Shown here: positions 11,391 through 24,385 of the stretch, in pieces | How the letters are laid out: each line of letters starts with the position of its first letter | Position numbering within the stretch: position 1 is the stretch's first letter | Source: Raillietiella orientalis | Taxonomy: Eukaryota | DNA: 64,000 nucleotides | Reading direction: 5' to 3' | NCBI GenBank assembly: GCA_036172245.1 | Contig: JAYWIR010000010.1 | Location: 372,001-436,000, forward strand | Made by a program: the position numbers and the translations under genes | The notes under the pieces: model-generated | The model's input: the letters and a program-made list of their open reading frames with translations, nothing else | Database searches by the model: none | What the model was told of the DNA's origin: nothing

Positions 11391-13807
11391 ACCATAGAAA
11401 TCTTCAACGCTTGTTTTGTTTTTTTTTTGCTCCGAGCTAAATAATAAATAAGTACCAGTTTTTTGTTTTGGTTTTAGAGTTGATGAACTGGCACAACGTT
11501 TCAGGTACATTTTATATCTTTTGTAGGTGCTATTAGGGTGTCCCTGCATATCTCACGGAGCTCCTACAACGCGGAACGGAGAAGGCATCCCCCGTGTTAC
11601 ACGGGGATCTGCTATCTGAGACCGCGCTCTAGGAGCAGCCAGCTGAGGATGCCAAGCGGCACAAATAGCTTCGGGCCGGGGGCCTGCTGTTCAGTTCTTT
11701 CTGGAGTTTGTGCGGAAATCGACACAAGATAGAGAAATCCGCTCCGCCTTTGCCCGAAATCACCAGAAGTCCCCGCAATCCGCGAGTCGCTGCGCCCGCG
11801 CTCTCTTCGAAGTCTTCCGCGTGACAAAGTCCTGCAGGCGGCGCGCTCGCTTTGCTTTCCAGGCGGCTCCCCACAGGGGAAGGGGAAGGCGGGGGGGTTC
11901 TTTGGATTTTGGTCCTTTCTTCGAGGTTTCCCGGTTCCCCCCCCCCCCCCCCCCATGCCAGGCTCTTGACTTCGCACGAGGACGTGCGCTGCCCGCGTCT
12001 TTCGGCTCGTGTCCATCCACGGAGAGCACTTTCGCTTCCCCTCAGAGCTGCTGCTGCTTCCCTAACGGGAAGGCCAACTGCCCTCTCGAGGAACGCGTCT
12101 GTTCGCTCCCCGGTGTTCCCTCCAAATTTATCGCTCCCAGCCCGATCCCTGAAAATCGCATGGAGGATTCCCGCTTCGACGTGTTGAGTTCGGCACCGTG
12201 CATGAGCGTGCTCTCTCGGCACCCACTCGAACGAGACGCGGCCGAAAGGCGCGTCTTCAAGATTCGTGCTGGGACCCTCCAGCGGAAGGAAAGAGCTCCA
12301 GATCCGCTCAGGATAAAAATCCCACTGGAATTCTAATGAAGCGAGTTGTGTGCCGATGCCATCTGCGTGCGTGCCGTGGCTCACGAGTGGACTCCCTGAT
12401 CGCGGAGTGATCGCTCCGCGTTGGGAGCGTGGATGCCCCGTGGCTGATTTTCTAATGGATCTTTTCACCGTGCAAGAAGGAAGTTTCGAGGAGGAGGCTG
12501 CCTCAGCGCCACGGTTCCTCGATCCCGGGACACCGGGTGGCACCTCGAAGCCCCATCCTACACGAGGCTTCGAGGTGTCTTGGAGAGCTGCGCCGTCGCT
12601 CCTTGAGCAAAGCGGAAACGCCGACTCTGCTCGCTGCCGGACACTTGCGCGCCGACGGAGCCAAGAACGCGCCGCTGTTCCTTCGTATTCGCGGCGCGAA
12701 GAGTCCAGTCCTCCCCCCGTTCCCTTTGGCCGGACTGCAGCTCCTGCTGTCAACAAGTCGGAAGACGGAGGGTTGCCGTTCTTTGCAACGGGGTCTCGAG
12801 CGAGAGCCGGCAGAACTGCGCGACAGGGGCGTTGGTCGCAGGGACCGAGGTCGAGCAAGCGTCATCCACGAAGCCAATTTAAAAGGGAGGAAAAGATAAA
12901 GGAGAGTCGATGCCGCCGGTACCCTGCGGGTTCCATGCTGGCGTGCGTGGGTATGTGGGTGTTCCCCACGGTTCCTCTTTTCGACGCGGTTCACCTTCCC
13001 CTTGCCGTTCGGAGCCCGACCACGTCATCTTCCGATTTCCTCGGCGCGGAAGGGCGGTTCGGGAACGGAACGCGTTGCCAGGAGCCGTCTCATCGCGGAA
13101 GACTCCAACCGGGAGGGAGGGCGACTGAGGCAAAGGGTTTTTCCCTCCTCTTCTCGGCTCTTCAGGACTCCGCCTCGCTCGGGACCACAGCGTGTGCGGA
13201 GGTGCCCTCGGTGAACCATCAACGCCCTCCGCAACGGAGGGAGCGCGCACGACCTTCCAGGCCGGCACATGGCGACAGTGACTTCGCCCCTCTCTGGTCC
13301 GGGCGAAGGAGCGTACCGGAAAATCCCGCCGACGCCCCCGGGACACTCGACGCGGTGGCAAGCGTTGCGTGAGGTTCGAGGATGGATGGACCAGCCTCCC
13401 TTTATCGAGAGGGAGAATCTCATCAGGAAGCGTCTGCGGGAGGAGGGGGAAGGAGACGATCCGTCCTACGCGAAGAGGTCCTGAACTTTCGCTCCCTCTA
13501 CTTTTTGTTTTCTTTTTCTCGGCTGCACGGATTCTGGCAAACTTTCGGATGACCTGGGTTCGTCACTGGACTTGCCTGGTGACGCAGCAGCGAATGTGCC
13601 CTGCACGGCTGCACCCACGAATATGCTTCAGCACCGGGATGACGGTCGCATGCCTACTGTGAGATGGACACATGGCAGCATTCGCAGGTCTCCAGGACCT
13701 ACCAAGTCCTACCCGCTAGATGGAAGGCGAGAATTCAGCCGGTCACAGAGTGGTGTATGTGTGTACTTCGCGCACTCACAGCTCCCACATAAACCACCAT
13801 TCCTCTA

Positions 13808-13945
13808 GATATGTATGTATGTATATATACATATATACACCTCTACGTATGTATAGATAGATATACATAAGCAGAGGTATATCTATATATGTATATGTAT
13901 ATCTATCTATCTATCTATTTTTACATATGCATATACACATATGTA
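13808..13945. repeat. AT-rich (TA/TATG/TATC) low-complexity tract
   Basis: Read directly. Confidence 0.85.
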
Positions 13946-14189
13946 GAGGAATGGAATGGCGGTTCGCGTGAAAGCTGTGAGTGCGCAAAGGACATTGGCA
14001 GCAAAACGGATTCCACTGTAAGCTGGAATGCGCTGCAGCACACGCCGAAGACACGAAAACACGCGCACAAAAAGAAGAGGGAGGGAGGGATTCTACTGAA
14101 CTCCCGACGCGTGCTGGTTCCTGGGACTCCGTGGATCGAGGCGATATCAAGGCGGGACTGCGTGCGATAAAAGTGCGGGCATCCGAAGA

Positions 14190-15320
14190 GCAGGCAGAGA
14201 TATACTTTTTTATTGACTTACCGTGGAAGGAGCGTCCAAGTGGGGAGGAACCGTCTTTTATCTGCTGCGGGAAGGCTGGGGGAGGGGGCCCGGCAGCAGC
14301 TGACGCCACGCCATGGTTCTGAAAGGGATGGGTTGCTTGAGGTCTCTGGAGAGCGCCGGAGCGCCTTGGAAAGGAGGGCGGCGGCCGCGACGGGCCGGAG
14401 GAGACGGTCGCATTGTCCACACAACGGAGCGCCCTTGGCGCCCGCTGCTGACTCGTGAAGTTCCGCCCGCTCCGCTCGTCCTTCTTCCCTTTCCCCTTCC
14501 GTACCTGGGTCAGCACGCTGGTTCCAGAGGCTCTGGATAGAAGCGGGAGCTCCCTGCCTGCTCGGGACAGGTTCTGGCGCCCCCTCGCCTTTCGAGGACG
14601 GCGGGACGGGGACGTCCCGCGTCGGGCGGTCACGAGGGGTCGGGCCTGGCAAGCGGAGCGAGGCGACCGAGCGAACGGACAAGAGGAGACTGTGCAAGAG
14701 TTGTTGCCGAACAGGCCGGGGGATGTTTGCAAAGCCGAAGATGGCGAACCGCTCGAGCACCGTGCGGGGCGGCAACTGCCGGGAGCGCGCGCGCCCGAGC
14801 GAGCTCTTGAACGGAGAGACGGTCGGACAGTGCCGCTAAGCCGGTAGGAGCGCCAGTTCGACCCCCCCCCCCCCTCCCCATTCGGAACCGACACGCGAGC
14901 TTTCCATCGAGGAGTGCGGGCGCCCGGGAACAAGCCATGCGTTCTTGCCGGAGGCACCTTTTTCGCAATCGCAGTCGGGGCGTGCACGGAACGCATGAAT
15001 CCTTGCCTGCTGAATCATCGCCTGCGATAAAACGTTGCCCAACAGCAGGTGTTTCGCGCGGCGTCGATAAAATGAGTGGTTCTGGGAGGAAGGAGCTTGA
15101 TAAATGGTACATGCCGGGGAGGACTGACGCCCGCCGATTTTCATCTGGTCGGGAGGGTGGACTCGCTTGCGACGCACCCTGACTATTTAAGGAATCCCCC
15201 TCCTTCCCTACACGCGCGCGCGCGTTCGGAAGCTTCGGCAAGGCCTGCAAGCCGATCCGCGCGTCCTCCGTGGATTGCGGGACAGACACTTGTCACGGGG
15301 ACACACGTGCAAGAAGACGC
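14190..15320 (-). mobile_element. Decayed LINE APE fragment (CR1/L2-like)
   Basis: REGGGF (~RGGGV), TIYQAPS...F (~IYRPP), FIAGDD (~GDFN) and PTW..NKK.YL (~PWIT..KK.LY), in order. Confidence 0.45.
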
Positions 15321-15879
15321 GCTTCCCGAAGTGTGGCGGCAGCGGCACTCTCCCCAGCTGAACCGAAAGGCGCGCGCAGGGGAGGCGGAGACCAAGAAGG
15401 ACTCTCCATCACCGTCTCCACCAGGTTGTCAACGCACCATCTGCAGCGAAGATCTCGTCGCAGAGGCAGGCAGGCAGTCAACTCAAGGCCGGCGGCGCGC
15501 GCGCTTTCCCGGCTTCGGGAGGGAGAGGAGCCGCCGACGCCTTCCCTTTCGACGAGTTCACGGCTCGCTTCCGCTTTCTCCCTGCAGCCGCCGATCCCGC
15601 CTGTTCCTCTCGGAACGCGGCGGACGGCTTGGCGCTGCCGAGAGCCGAGAGGACTCCGCGTCTCGGCTGGTGGGAACAAGCCGAGAGGGACGCCGGCCGC
15701 AGGGAAGAGAACGGCCCTGGGTCGAAGCAAACTCACGTCTCGCTTGCCTGGAGGAACGAGGTCCCAGCTCAGAACGCGAGGAGCCCCCAGGACGTTCCCT
15801 GAACCCACCCATTGGAATCCTCTTTTTGCTTTAGGCGCTGGTGGGTCCTTTGCTCCGCGCCGGAGCAGGCGGCGGGCGA

Positions 15880-16700
15880 GGACTCGGCCCTGAACATCCT
15901 GACCACGAATCGCCGCAACTGCAGCTGCTCCTTGAACGTGCCTTTCGTTTCTGGACTCAGAAGTCGCGACTGGCCACAATCTGGTGAACAAGAACTTCGC
16001 GAGGATCGACTTTCAGCATCCCTCATGAGGATGTCCGGACGGTTGGCGTCCCTCCACAGCCGATACAGGCAGGGCGCCGTTGCGGTGGAGGGATCCGACC
16101 TTTCCTGGGAAAGGCCCCATCACAAGAAATTTCCCCGCTAGGAGCCTCCGCCTTGTCTGCTTCGAGCGCCCTGCTCACTCTCCCGTCCAACTGACGCGTA
16201 CACAGCGAGCAGCGGTGGTCCTCGGGCACTCGGAAACGAGGCCGGCGGTGCTCACCGGACGTATCGATGGTGTCCCTCTCGGGCTTGCACCCCATGTGCC
16301 TTCCCGTGGCCGCGAAGCGCTGCCATGGGAAGAGCAGACGGAAAAGCGCGCACAGACCATGCGCGTCGTGACCACTCTTGGCCTCCCTGCTGAACACTGC
16401 GCGAACAGAGGAGCCAGGTTCTTGTGCGCGCGCGCAAGTCAGGCGGCTGCAGGACGAAATTCCGTGGCTGCCTTCTGGCCGTGATCTGGAGGTTTACAGG
16501 CCTTCCAGCTCCTCCGGGAGCGCAACACCAGGGGCTCGAGGCGCCCACTGTGCTTTCCGGAGGAAGAGGAGGAAGAGGGTCGGCATCACGAGAACGAGTG
16601 ACATCGCGCACTCGTTGTTCTCGTGGGACAAGCTAGGTCTCTCTCCCACCTCGTCGGGTCGCAGGCGTTGCGGCAAATGGACGGCCATAGGGGGCGAATT
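15880..16700 (+). mobile_element. Decayed LINE APE fragment
   Basis: LNILTTNRR (~L.I..WN.R), EQE (~QET), LVCFERP (~SIY.PP), VVLGHSET (~GDFNA), SRGRE (~N.RG). Confidence 0.4.
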
Positions 16701-17029
16701 CCCCCAGGGTTTCCGTGCAGCAGCCGCTCCTCCGCTCTGGGAAGGAGCAAAGCTGCGCGTCTCCCGCGCCTGGCGCCGCTCAAGGGCGAGCGGCAGGTTG
16801 GAGAGGCTTTAGCGTGTCTCCGAGTGAGCACTTGCGTTCGGCGCTGTCCTCCTCCTTCCAAATCTCTCGGACTGGTAGCCGAGGACGGGCGAAGCCGGAG
16901 GACTGACAAACCAGGGATTTCGTCATGCAACGCAAGGTCACTGCCGACGAGGGAGAAACGATGGTCGCTCGTTCCTTCCCCTCCAGCTGACGGCTACCGA
17001 AAGCCGTGGATTTCCGGTAGCCGCTGACC

Positions 17030-17530
17030 AGGATTCGCGAACGCGGAAGACCAACAAGCTTGCACGTGGGTGGTCAAAGAGGATTCTGGGCCTCGAGCAA
17101 CTTCGTCTTCCCGCAGTGGTGTGGTCAGAAAATGCGGGGTGAAAATTGCCATCTTCCGTCGAAAATCGACCCGGCTTTGGAATGCGAACAACCAATTCTT
17201 TGCTGAAGAATGCGACCGTCCATCGATGGGCAGATTTGGGTTCTCCTCCCGTGGGTTTCTCTTCGTCTGTTCGTCCTCGGCATCTATCTTCCCACGGAGG
17301 ATCCGGAAGGAAGAGAGCCACTCGAAGGTCGAAAACATTGAAGATGGGTGCTTCGACTTCCCTCATGCATGTCAGCCTTCAAAGAGCGAAGACAGGCTGG
17401 AAATTTGACGCCCCAAACTTGAGGAATCTTGCACCAGCTGCGAGGATATCCTTCCAGCATTTAAAGACCATCTCCGAATGCACATTCGGATTCTCCGCAT
17501 GCGTATTCGGATCCTTGAGTGGACTCTTTG
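17030..17530 (-). mobile_element. Decayed LINE RT N-terminal fragment
   Basis: VHSEMV (~I..EML), IFNV..FLPDPPW (~LFN..G.FP..W), VVRIPKPGR....GNFHP (~V.PIPKPGK....NYRP). Confidence 0.55.
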
Positions 17531-18962
17531 ACTGTCCGCGGAAAGGAGGAGGAGGAGGGAACGCGTCTCGTGGATTCTGGGTGCAAAGCAGTCCCGGCCC
17601 GCGCGCACAATGCAGGCCCCTGTCGTGAAAGGTGAAGCACCACCGCCCCGTGAGGATGGATGCGAGTGCTCAGACTGGTACGGAGGAGCGAGCTGCCGAT
17701 TTTCCACCAAGAAGGAGAAAGAAAGAGAGAGGAATGCCAGAGAGCTGTGTTGGTGGCAGATGGTTACAAAGCCTTCCTCCGGTTCTGAGGAAGCGCTTGC
17801 CTTTCTTCGGAGTGCCGGCGACAAGGAAGGAGGAGATCCTGAATTCGGGCGCAGCGCAGCAGCACTCGAAGCGGGTCAGCCGCCTCTCCTAATTCCAAGG
17901 ACCACGGAAGGAGACGATCGGCGCGTCGCTCTTGTGCAGCACCGCCGGGAATTCGGAGAAGAAAAATCTCGCGAATCTCAAGAGAGGTACTCATGCAAAG
18001 AGAGTGGTCGCCGATGGCGCGCTCGCGGGTTCCTGGAAATGCTCTTTTCCGAGCCTCCGCGGCACTCGAAAGCAATTTCGGTTTCCGGAAACGCAAGAGT
18101 ATCAAAATACATTTGTATATCAGCCTGCCTGCTAATTTACACATTAACATACATAATAAGGATACGTATTTATTGTTCATGATCTCCCTGGCTTCCGAAC
18201 CCAAGGAGCCAAGGTGATGCTGCCAGACTAATTGAGAAAGAGATGTCAAAATAAAAATAAGTAAGCTGTTCCCGTGTTGGTAACATCATTTTGGCCACAG
18301 GTCATTGACCTCTAACTCCAGACTATCGTCTGCTGTTGGTGTCCGGTTCAGCATAGTGACCTTTGTTCTTGAAGCCGAGGTCCAGAAAGAATGCGTTTCT
18401 CTTCCTTTCCTGGCCAGGGAGGGCCAGCAAAGAGAGAGATACGTGTCCTTCGGGTGAGCGCAAGACGGTGATACGCGAACTGCGGAGGTGGTCCGTCGAC
18501 TGCGTCTGCCGGGCGTGGGGCCGCGTGGAAAGCGTGGGGCGGCGCGCGAACGAACCACGAGCTCCATCAGCGGACCGAGGATGAGGCGAAAGCCAGAGAG
18601 GGGGGGGGGACAATCCTGGGCGATGGCCAACGAAAGGGTGGAGGAGCGGACGTCGGCGAAACGTTCGCAGACACGGCGGAGCATCAGCAAGAGCGTCACC
18701 TCTCGACTCTAACCGGCGGCGACGGCGAGACCGGATCGCACGAACACTGGGGGAACCTCAGATGGTGGGGAGGTCGCCATTCTGGCCACGGGTCGTCCTG
18801 CTCAGCTGCGGCGAATCCGACGAAGGACGCGGAACCGCGCGTTCAGGGTGTCCCTCTAAGGAGAAAACGCCCGTTCCTGGGACGGACCACGGGTCCGCTG
18901 GAGGCGAGCTCCAGCAAATGATCATCTACCGCTCTTTCCCAGGTATCTGAAAAAATAAGTCT

Positions 18963-18968
18963 TTTATT
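18963..18968 (-). promoter_or_regulatory. Polyadenylation signal AATAAA of the synaptotagmin-like gene
   Basis: AATAAA ~60 nt downstream of the stop codon, followed by a T-rich tract on the minus strand. Confidence 0.55.
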
Positions 18969-19026
18969 TCAGCTCCGCCTCTCTTAGGCATTGTTGGGCG
19001 GCAGCTGCAGAACGGCTGGAGGAACG

Positions 19027-19185
19027 TTATGAGAACTCCATGATGATGACATCCTTTGAGAAGAGTTCCATGTTGTGCAGCGGGAACGTGATGGAACCCA
19101 GGTTCTCGAAGTGGTTCATCTGCTCGTCGTAGACATCAAGCAGGGTCAAGGTCAGGGTGCAAACCTGGAGGTTGTTCTTTGCCAA
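19027..19185 (-). CDS. Terminal coding exon (end of C2, TAA stop)
   Basis: Acceptor ttcgtcctctcccag, phase 0. Encodes LTLTLLDVYD..LGSITFPL, then TAA. Confidence 0.9.
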   Translation of the reverse strand: MAKNNLQVCTLTLTLLDVYDEQMNHFENLGSITFPLHNMELFSKDVIIMEFS

Positions 19186-22100
19186 CTGGGAGAGGACGAA
19201 GAAGCAGCTAAACTGTTTGCAAGCGGAACAAAAAAAGGAGGAAAAAAAGGTAAGGAAAAAGAGTGAGCCCTTGAAATCCAAAAGATAAGATCAATACAAA
19301 TGAAGGAGATCTTATTAACGCTGGGCAAAAAATAGCTGGACAGGCTGCGCACCGACCTCCCCCTCCCCCTTCCGCCGGCGGACTGCCGCTCCGCCCGGGA
19401 AGGCGTGAGTGACGTCATGGAGCGCCGAAACGGCAGGCGGGAAGGCTCCGGAAACTCAGTTTGGGAGACAATGCCCCCCCGGGAGGAAGGAAGGAATGAG
19501 GTCGAACACTGGTCCAGGACGAGCACCAGACCTCGAAACGGCAGGGAACCGACACCTCTGAGCGCCGGTCCTGGACCGACTTCCGTTGCCTCGGCACCCG
19601 TCAGCACCGCTGAGGGCTTTTCCTCCCACTGCCGCTCGCCAAGGATGACAGGTGGCCACCGTCTTCGACCCCGACCTCGCCGCCTCCGTTCTCTTCGACG
19701 CAGCTCGATCCGCCGCCGGCCGGCGCTTGACCCGACGCGCAAGTCTCGCCCTCGTGGGGCGTGTGTCCTCTCACCAACAGCCTCCTCGTCTAGCGAGAGG
19801 ACACGTGCGCAGCACACCGGTGGCCGGGCAACGACGCCGGTGGATAGTGGCGCGGAGGCTTCATGGATGGCGCTCACGCCGGCTGAGCGGAGAGTTCCCC
19901 GCTAGTCGTCCGAGGCTCACTCGCTGACCTGCGAGGAGACTGTCAGCGCCAGCCGATCCGGTGCGGCATGGGCGAGCGATCGAGGATCCGCCCTTCCACC
20001 TCGGGGCTTGAACTAGGGGCTTGCGGGTGAGTGGGTGGAGGCCCGAGCGCAAAAAGAATCCAAGGCGCTACCGCGCGGCTAACGGGCGAAGCTCGGCGGG
20101 AGACCTCGCTTCGGCTTCTGCTGGACGCCGCAGCGCCGGGTCCGTCGCCCCGGGGAGGGCAGGACGAGGCAGCGAACAGCCAGCGGGCGTCGTCGCCGCC
20201 AGCAACCGGGCAAGAGAAACTTTCCACTGCGCTTCCTCCGCCGACCCCGGTCCGCTACTCCTCCCCTCAGGTCCGCTCTCGTGTGGAGACCGCGGCGCCT
20301 TGCCTCGGCGGACTGCCGGGAGGGGAAGGGGACTCACTTCCGGAAGGGGCGGACCTTCACGAGGAGCCGTCGCGTGCCGACCTTCGAGGGGGCGCTCAGG
20401 CGAGCGAGCGAGGCCACGCATGTGTGGCGGCGACCCCCCCCCCCTCCTCCTCCTCCACGCAGAAAAAAAGGCGTGCTCTTGGGGGACTCACGTGCACGTA
20501 GAAGGCCTGGTTGAACTTCGGGGCCTTGGTGTTCCTCATGACCTTCGTCTGGATCTTCTGCTGAGGGAAGTCGGGGGTGAACTTGAACACGATGCAGGGG
20601 TTGGGGTTGCCTCTGGGGTGGTGCCGGTGCTTGAGCCCTCTGCGCTGACGCATGAGATGTTAGGCGAGAGCGTCCGAGGGAGAATCCGCGGAGGAGAAGC
20701 AGCAGGCCGCCACCGAGAAGTCTCCGTTGCCGGGAGACGGGGAAGGGTGGGGAGAGAGGTGGGAGGGCCACCTAGGACGCAAAGTCCTCGATGGCAGGGA
20801 GACAAAGGACGAGTGACGGCGGCAGGGGGAAGGGAAGGTCACCCACCTGACTTTGATGATGTCGATGAGCAGCCTCTCGGTGATCTCGTCGTAGTACAGC
20901 TTGTACCACAGGCACGGCTTCTGGGTTACCCGGCAAAGGCCTCCGCAGTGCTCCTCCGGGTTCAACCTGCCGCAGACGGGAGATCCGGGAGTGCTCCGTG
21001 TGGACGACATGGGCCTGCGGGCGAGGCAGCGAAGGGCGCGTGGACCGCCCCCGGCTGCTCCCCGTAGTCCCGGAGGAGGATGCTTGCCGCGCCACTCGCT
21101 CGCTCGCGCCTCGTCTTCGGAGGGTTCCGGCGGCGGCTCCGGCGAACCTGGGCGGTTTGCGGCCTGCACGAGGGGGGAGGAAGAGTCCTCCCCGTCCGGG
21201 GGGAGGGGGGGTTGAGACGACCGCCACCGGCCCCCTCCGCTCGGACGCTCCCCCGCCGCCAAGAGGTCAGGGCCCGTGTGTGCCGGCGCCGTGCCCGGCG
21301 GCTGCGAGGGAAGGAGACAGGATCATACGGACCGGAAGGGCAGGAGGGGCATCCGAACTCCTGACTGGAAGGCCACAGCAGGGCCATGGCATGACGAACG
21401 TGCGCCGCAGCCCAAGGTGCGCGTGCGCAGACATGACTGCCGGCGCTCCACGCTCTTCACGGTTGAGGCCGGAAAAAACAAAAAAAAAAAGGAGCGCAGA
21501 GGCTGCTTTTTTTTTGTTTTGTTTTCTTTTCTTTTACGGGCAGGGGGAGGGGAGGAGGGGGGAAAGGGAGGGAGAGCAACAGCAGGACGCCTGAGATCAG
21601 GGTGCGGTGCGAAGGGAAGCGTTCGTGAAAGGGTGGCAGAAGACCGGACATCGGACGCAGCACGGGGCTTCCCCCGTCCAACGGAAGTCGCTTCGAGTTC
21701 AGCGCGCACGCGAGGCTGGGGGAGAGAGGAGCAAGAGGGGTCAGGTTGGGGGGTGAAATACCCTCCACACGCCCGATTAAGGGTATCTGAAGGGACTGCG
21801 CAATGGGTCCCCCCTTCTTATTGTTGAAGGCATGAAAGATGAAGAAATGCCTTCAGGAATTTGAAGTGGCTCGCGAAAAGGGTTGCACGCCGAAGCTCAT
21901 TCGAAAAGATCAAAGGTCAAGAATCTCCAGGTCGTAAATCAGAAGTGAAAAAACAGGAGTCTCACTATCCCGCGGCCGACGGTAACTTTTTCCGCCTCGT
22001 TGGTGGAGGAGCGGAGGAAGAACCCGAGGCGAGATCTTCCGTCTGGGAATTTCCCGGTGTGGTCCGAGTCCAGCATCTGCGCTCCGGAACGGCGCATGGG

Positions 22101-24385
22101 TCGGTCGCCGCAGCCTCCGGGACTTCGGGCTTGACCCGCTGCCGCCTTCCCCTTCGGGGCGCCGGGAAAAGCTGCGCGCGTGCCCTTCTCCTTGCCTGCC
22201 GTCCGATTCCGACCCCTGCTTCCGGCTACCGACGGCATTCCAGATCCGGGCTGGGGGGCACCACCCCTCCGGTCGCTGCGCGCAGCCGCAGCAGACTCCC
22301 CACCCCCTCCCCGGCGGGGAGCAGCGGACAGCTCCGCGGATTCCGTGTTCTTCCGCGCGCAGGACTTCCAGCGGGCGCGTCCCAGCGGGAGGAAGAAATT
22401 CATGATAGCGGAGATGAGAAGCTTCCGGGTGTTTCCCAGTCGCCCGTCTGCCCCCTTCCCCAATTCCCTTGGGGGCTTCGGAGGGAACCAGGCAACATGC
22501 TTCGCCCCGGGCGACAGCGCCGCCGGCCGAGGGTGCCAGCCGAGACCCACGGCTGCTGGAGCACAGCCCAGCCGCGTCCTCCAAGCAACACCGGATGGTG
22601 CTGCTTGGCGCGCCGCCCTCGAACGGCCGCTGCTTCCCCGAGCGCGCGAGGACCCGGGAAGCGCGGCATGTAGCGCGATGGTCTCCCTCAGACCCCCAAG
22701 CCCGCACCTCGATCTGCTCCCCGCCGCCTCGTGCTGCGATGCTGGCCCCGGAGGGGCGGAGCGACAGCCCGGCGGGAAGCGTCCTCGCCGCCGTGTTGAG
22801 CGGGAGGAAGAGACTGGGAGTCCTCCCGGAGTCGCTCGGCAGCCGCCTCCGCACAAGAGGAGAGAGCCATCGGCGACCGTGCGCGATCGGCGGAAGCGAA
22901 CCGTCAGAGGGCGACGGGAGGCCGCTTCGGACTCCTTGAGTAGCAGACGCCGGGAGGGCACGTGAGAGCCGGAGGAGCCACCACTTCTCCCTCCCTCCCT
23001 GTTCGCCGGGATCCACCGCCCAAGGATGTGCCCCTGATGGTCTCGGTCCCTCCCGGAACCGTCCAGCTTCCCTGGAGCGCCGACCCCGCGTGGCCTTCAG
23101 GGAGCTACGAAAACTGCCTCGAGGGGACGCGGTTGTCGGTGCCGCAGAAGCGCCGGGCGCCGGTTCCACGAAGACGCGGCGGTCCCCTCTCCTTCCCGTA
23201 AGACTCTGGAGACTCCTGGAGATTCTCGGCGCTGGGAAGATCCCGCGAGCTGGGGAGAGAAAGGACGGGCATGGTCCTCTCCCTCGAGTTATCCCTCGCA
23301 TCGCTGGTGTCCGGTGCGATCCCTCGGAAACGACGGCAGCGACGGCCACTGCGAGGAGGACGGCGTGATGGCCGCCTCAGCTCGGTCCCGTTCGCGACCC
23401 TGCGGTCGACGCGCGCTCGCGCCGCGCATGACCGGGAGCAGCATGTGGAACGCGCGCGCCTCCTGGTTCCCAAAGGGTCGTGGGGTCGGACGTGGCGGGA
23501 GTATGCTTCAAGGGATGACAACGGTTCCCGGGAGCAGCCGAGCGTGGGCGCGCCCGCTCTTCCAGAGCTCGTCCATTCCCCCTCCTCCCTAGCGGGCAGT
23601 CTCACGCCCCGCTCTGCCTGCTGGCCAGGGCGGCGCCCGAGAAGACGGGCGTGGGCGCCTGCCCTTCGCGCTGTTGCCGCCTCGGATGCTGCGGGTCTTT
23701 TCAGCAGCGCCCTGTGCGGGCCCCACCACTCTCACAAGGGATGGCGAGCCGCTGGGCGGGATCCCTCTCCGAGAGAAGGGGAGGAGAGAGGAGGGGAGTG
23801 CCCAACGGTGGATGGGAGGCGTGCTGACCTGATCACCAGCAAGAGGGGGGTGTAAGGGCTGGGGAGATGGGAAAGGAAAAGAAAGGTGGGAAGGAGAAGC
23901 TGGCAGCACGACTGCGCCCTCTCAGAATCATCGCCACGGGCAGAGGAAGACCGTCGTTTCGCCCTCCCAGCCCATTCCTCCCTGGGCCTCTAGCTGGTCT
24001 CTCCAGGAGCTCAGGCACGGAAGCGATTCTTACGCGGCGACACAGTCTGGGGACGCGGGTAGAGTCAGCAGCAGGGTCGCGTCAGCAGGGGAGCGCCGAC
24101 ACGCCTCCAGTTCCGGGGTTCCCCTCTTCCTGCTCCTTCCCTACCGGTAGAGGGACGTCTCCTGGTTGGTGGCACAGACCGTCGTGGGTGGGCTGTGGTT
24201 GCTCACGTGCAGCGCCGTGGCCGCCTTCTCATCGGGATCTCCGGAGCTCCTCCGGAAGAAGCTGCCCAGGGCGGGGGCGGGGCCTGCTCCTCTTCCTATC
24301 TGCCACCCCGCACGAACGAAAACGGCTACCAGCAGGACCACCAGCAACAGCAGCACCGCTGCGAGCACGTAGATCGAGTGGTGCA
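19027..24385 (-). CDS. SYT15-like: Multi-exon gene: N-terminal TM helix + linker + single C2 domain, synaptotagmin-15-like (268 aa if the 27066 ATG is used)
   Basis: Exons 24385-24207, 21163-20847, 20639-20492 and 19185-19027 all have canonical AG/GT boundaries, and the internal intron phases match (0, 2, 0). Spliced C2 reads GRLNPE..KPCLWYKLYYDEITERLLIDIIKVRGLKHRHHPRGNPNPCIVFKFTPDFPQQKIQTKVMRNTKAPKFNQAFYVHLAKNNLQVCTLTLTLLDVYDEQMNHFENLGSITFPLHNMELFSKDVIIMEFS*. This resembles SYT15 C2A as recalled (LWF..Y....ERLL..LIK; QSK....T..P.F; LG...FPL). Confidence 0.85.
20492..20639 (-). CDS. C2 middle exon
   Basis: Branch-like ctaac upstream, acceptor cgcag, donor CAC|gtgagt. Encodes NPCIVFKF..QTKVMRNTKAPKFNQAF. 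Confidence 0.9.
20847..21163 (-). CDS. Linker + C2 strands 1-2 exon
   Basis: Acceptor ccccctcgtgcag (phase 0), open frame through to donor AG|gtgggt (phase 2). A possible internal acceptor lies at 20966. The 3' part is clearly C2. Confidence 0.75.
22040..22600 (-). mobile_element. Decayed LINE RT fragment inside an intron of the synaptotagmin-like gene
   Basis: AIMNFFL (~I.SFL), SGMPS (~SGVPQ), MLDSDHTGKF (~LFADDTK). Confidence 0.35.
24207..24385 (-). CDS. TM-encoding exon of the synaptotagmin-like gene
   Basis: Acceptor ctctttgcag and donor CAC|gtgagc. Encodes HHSIYVLAAVLLLLVVLLVAVFVRAGW..., a ~20-aa hydrophobic run. Confidence 0.8.

Noticed and set aside
12100..12650. Plus-strand RT-like words (DSRFDVL, TSGLPDRGVIAP)
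   Set aside because: Too weak to call without an alignment.
14222..14261. Minus-strand small exon with a strong GTAAGT donor
   Set aside because: Falls within a decayed LINE linker region and has no partner exons.
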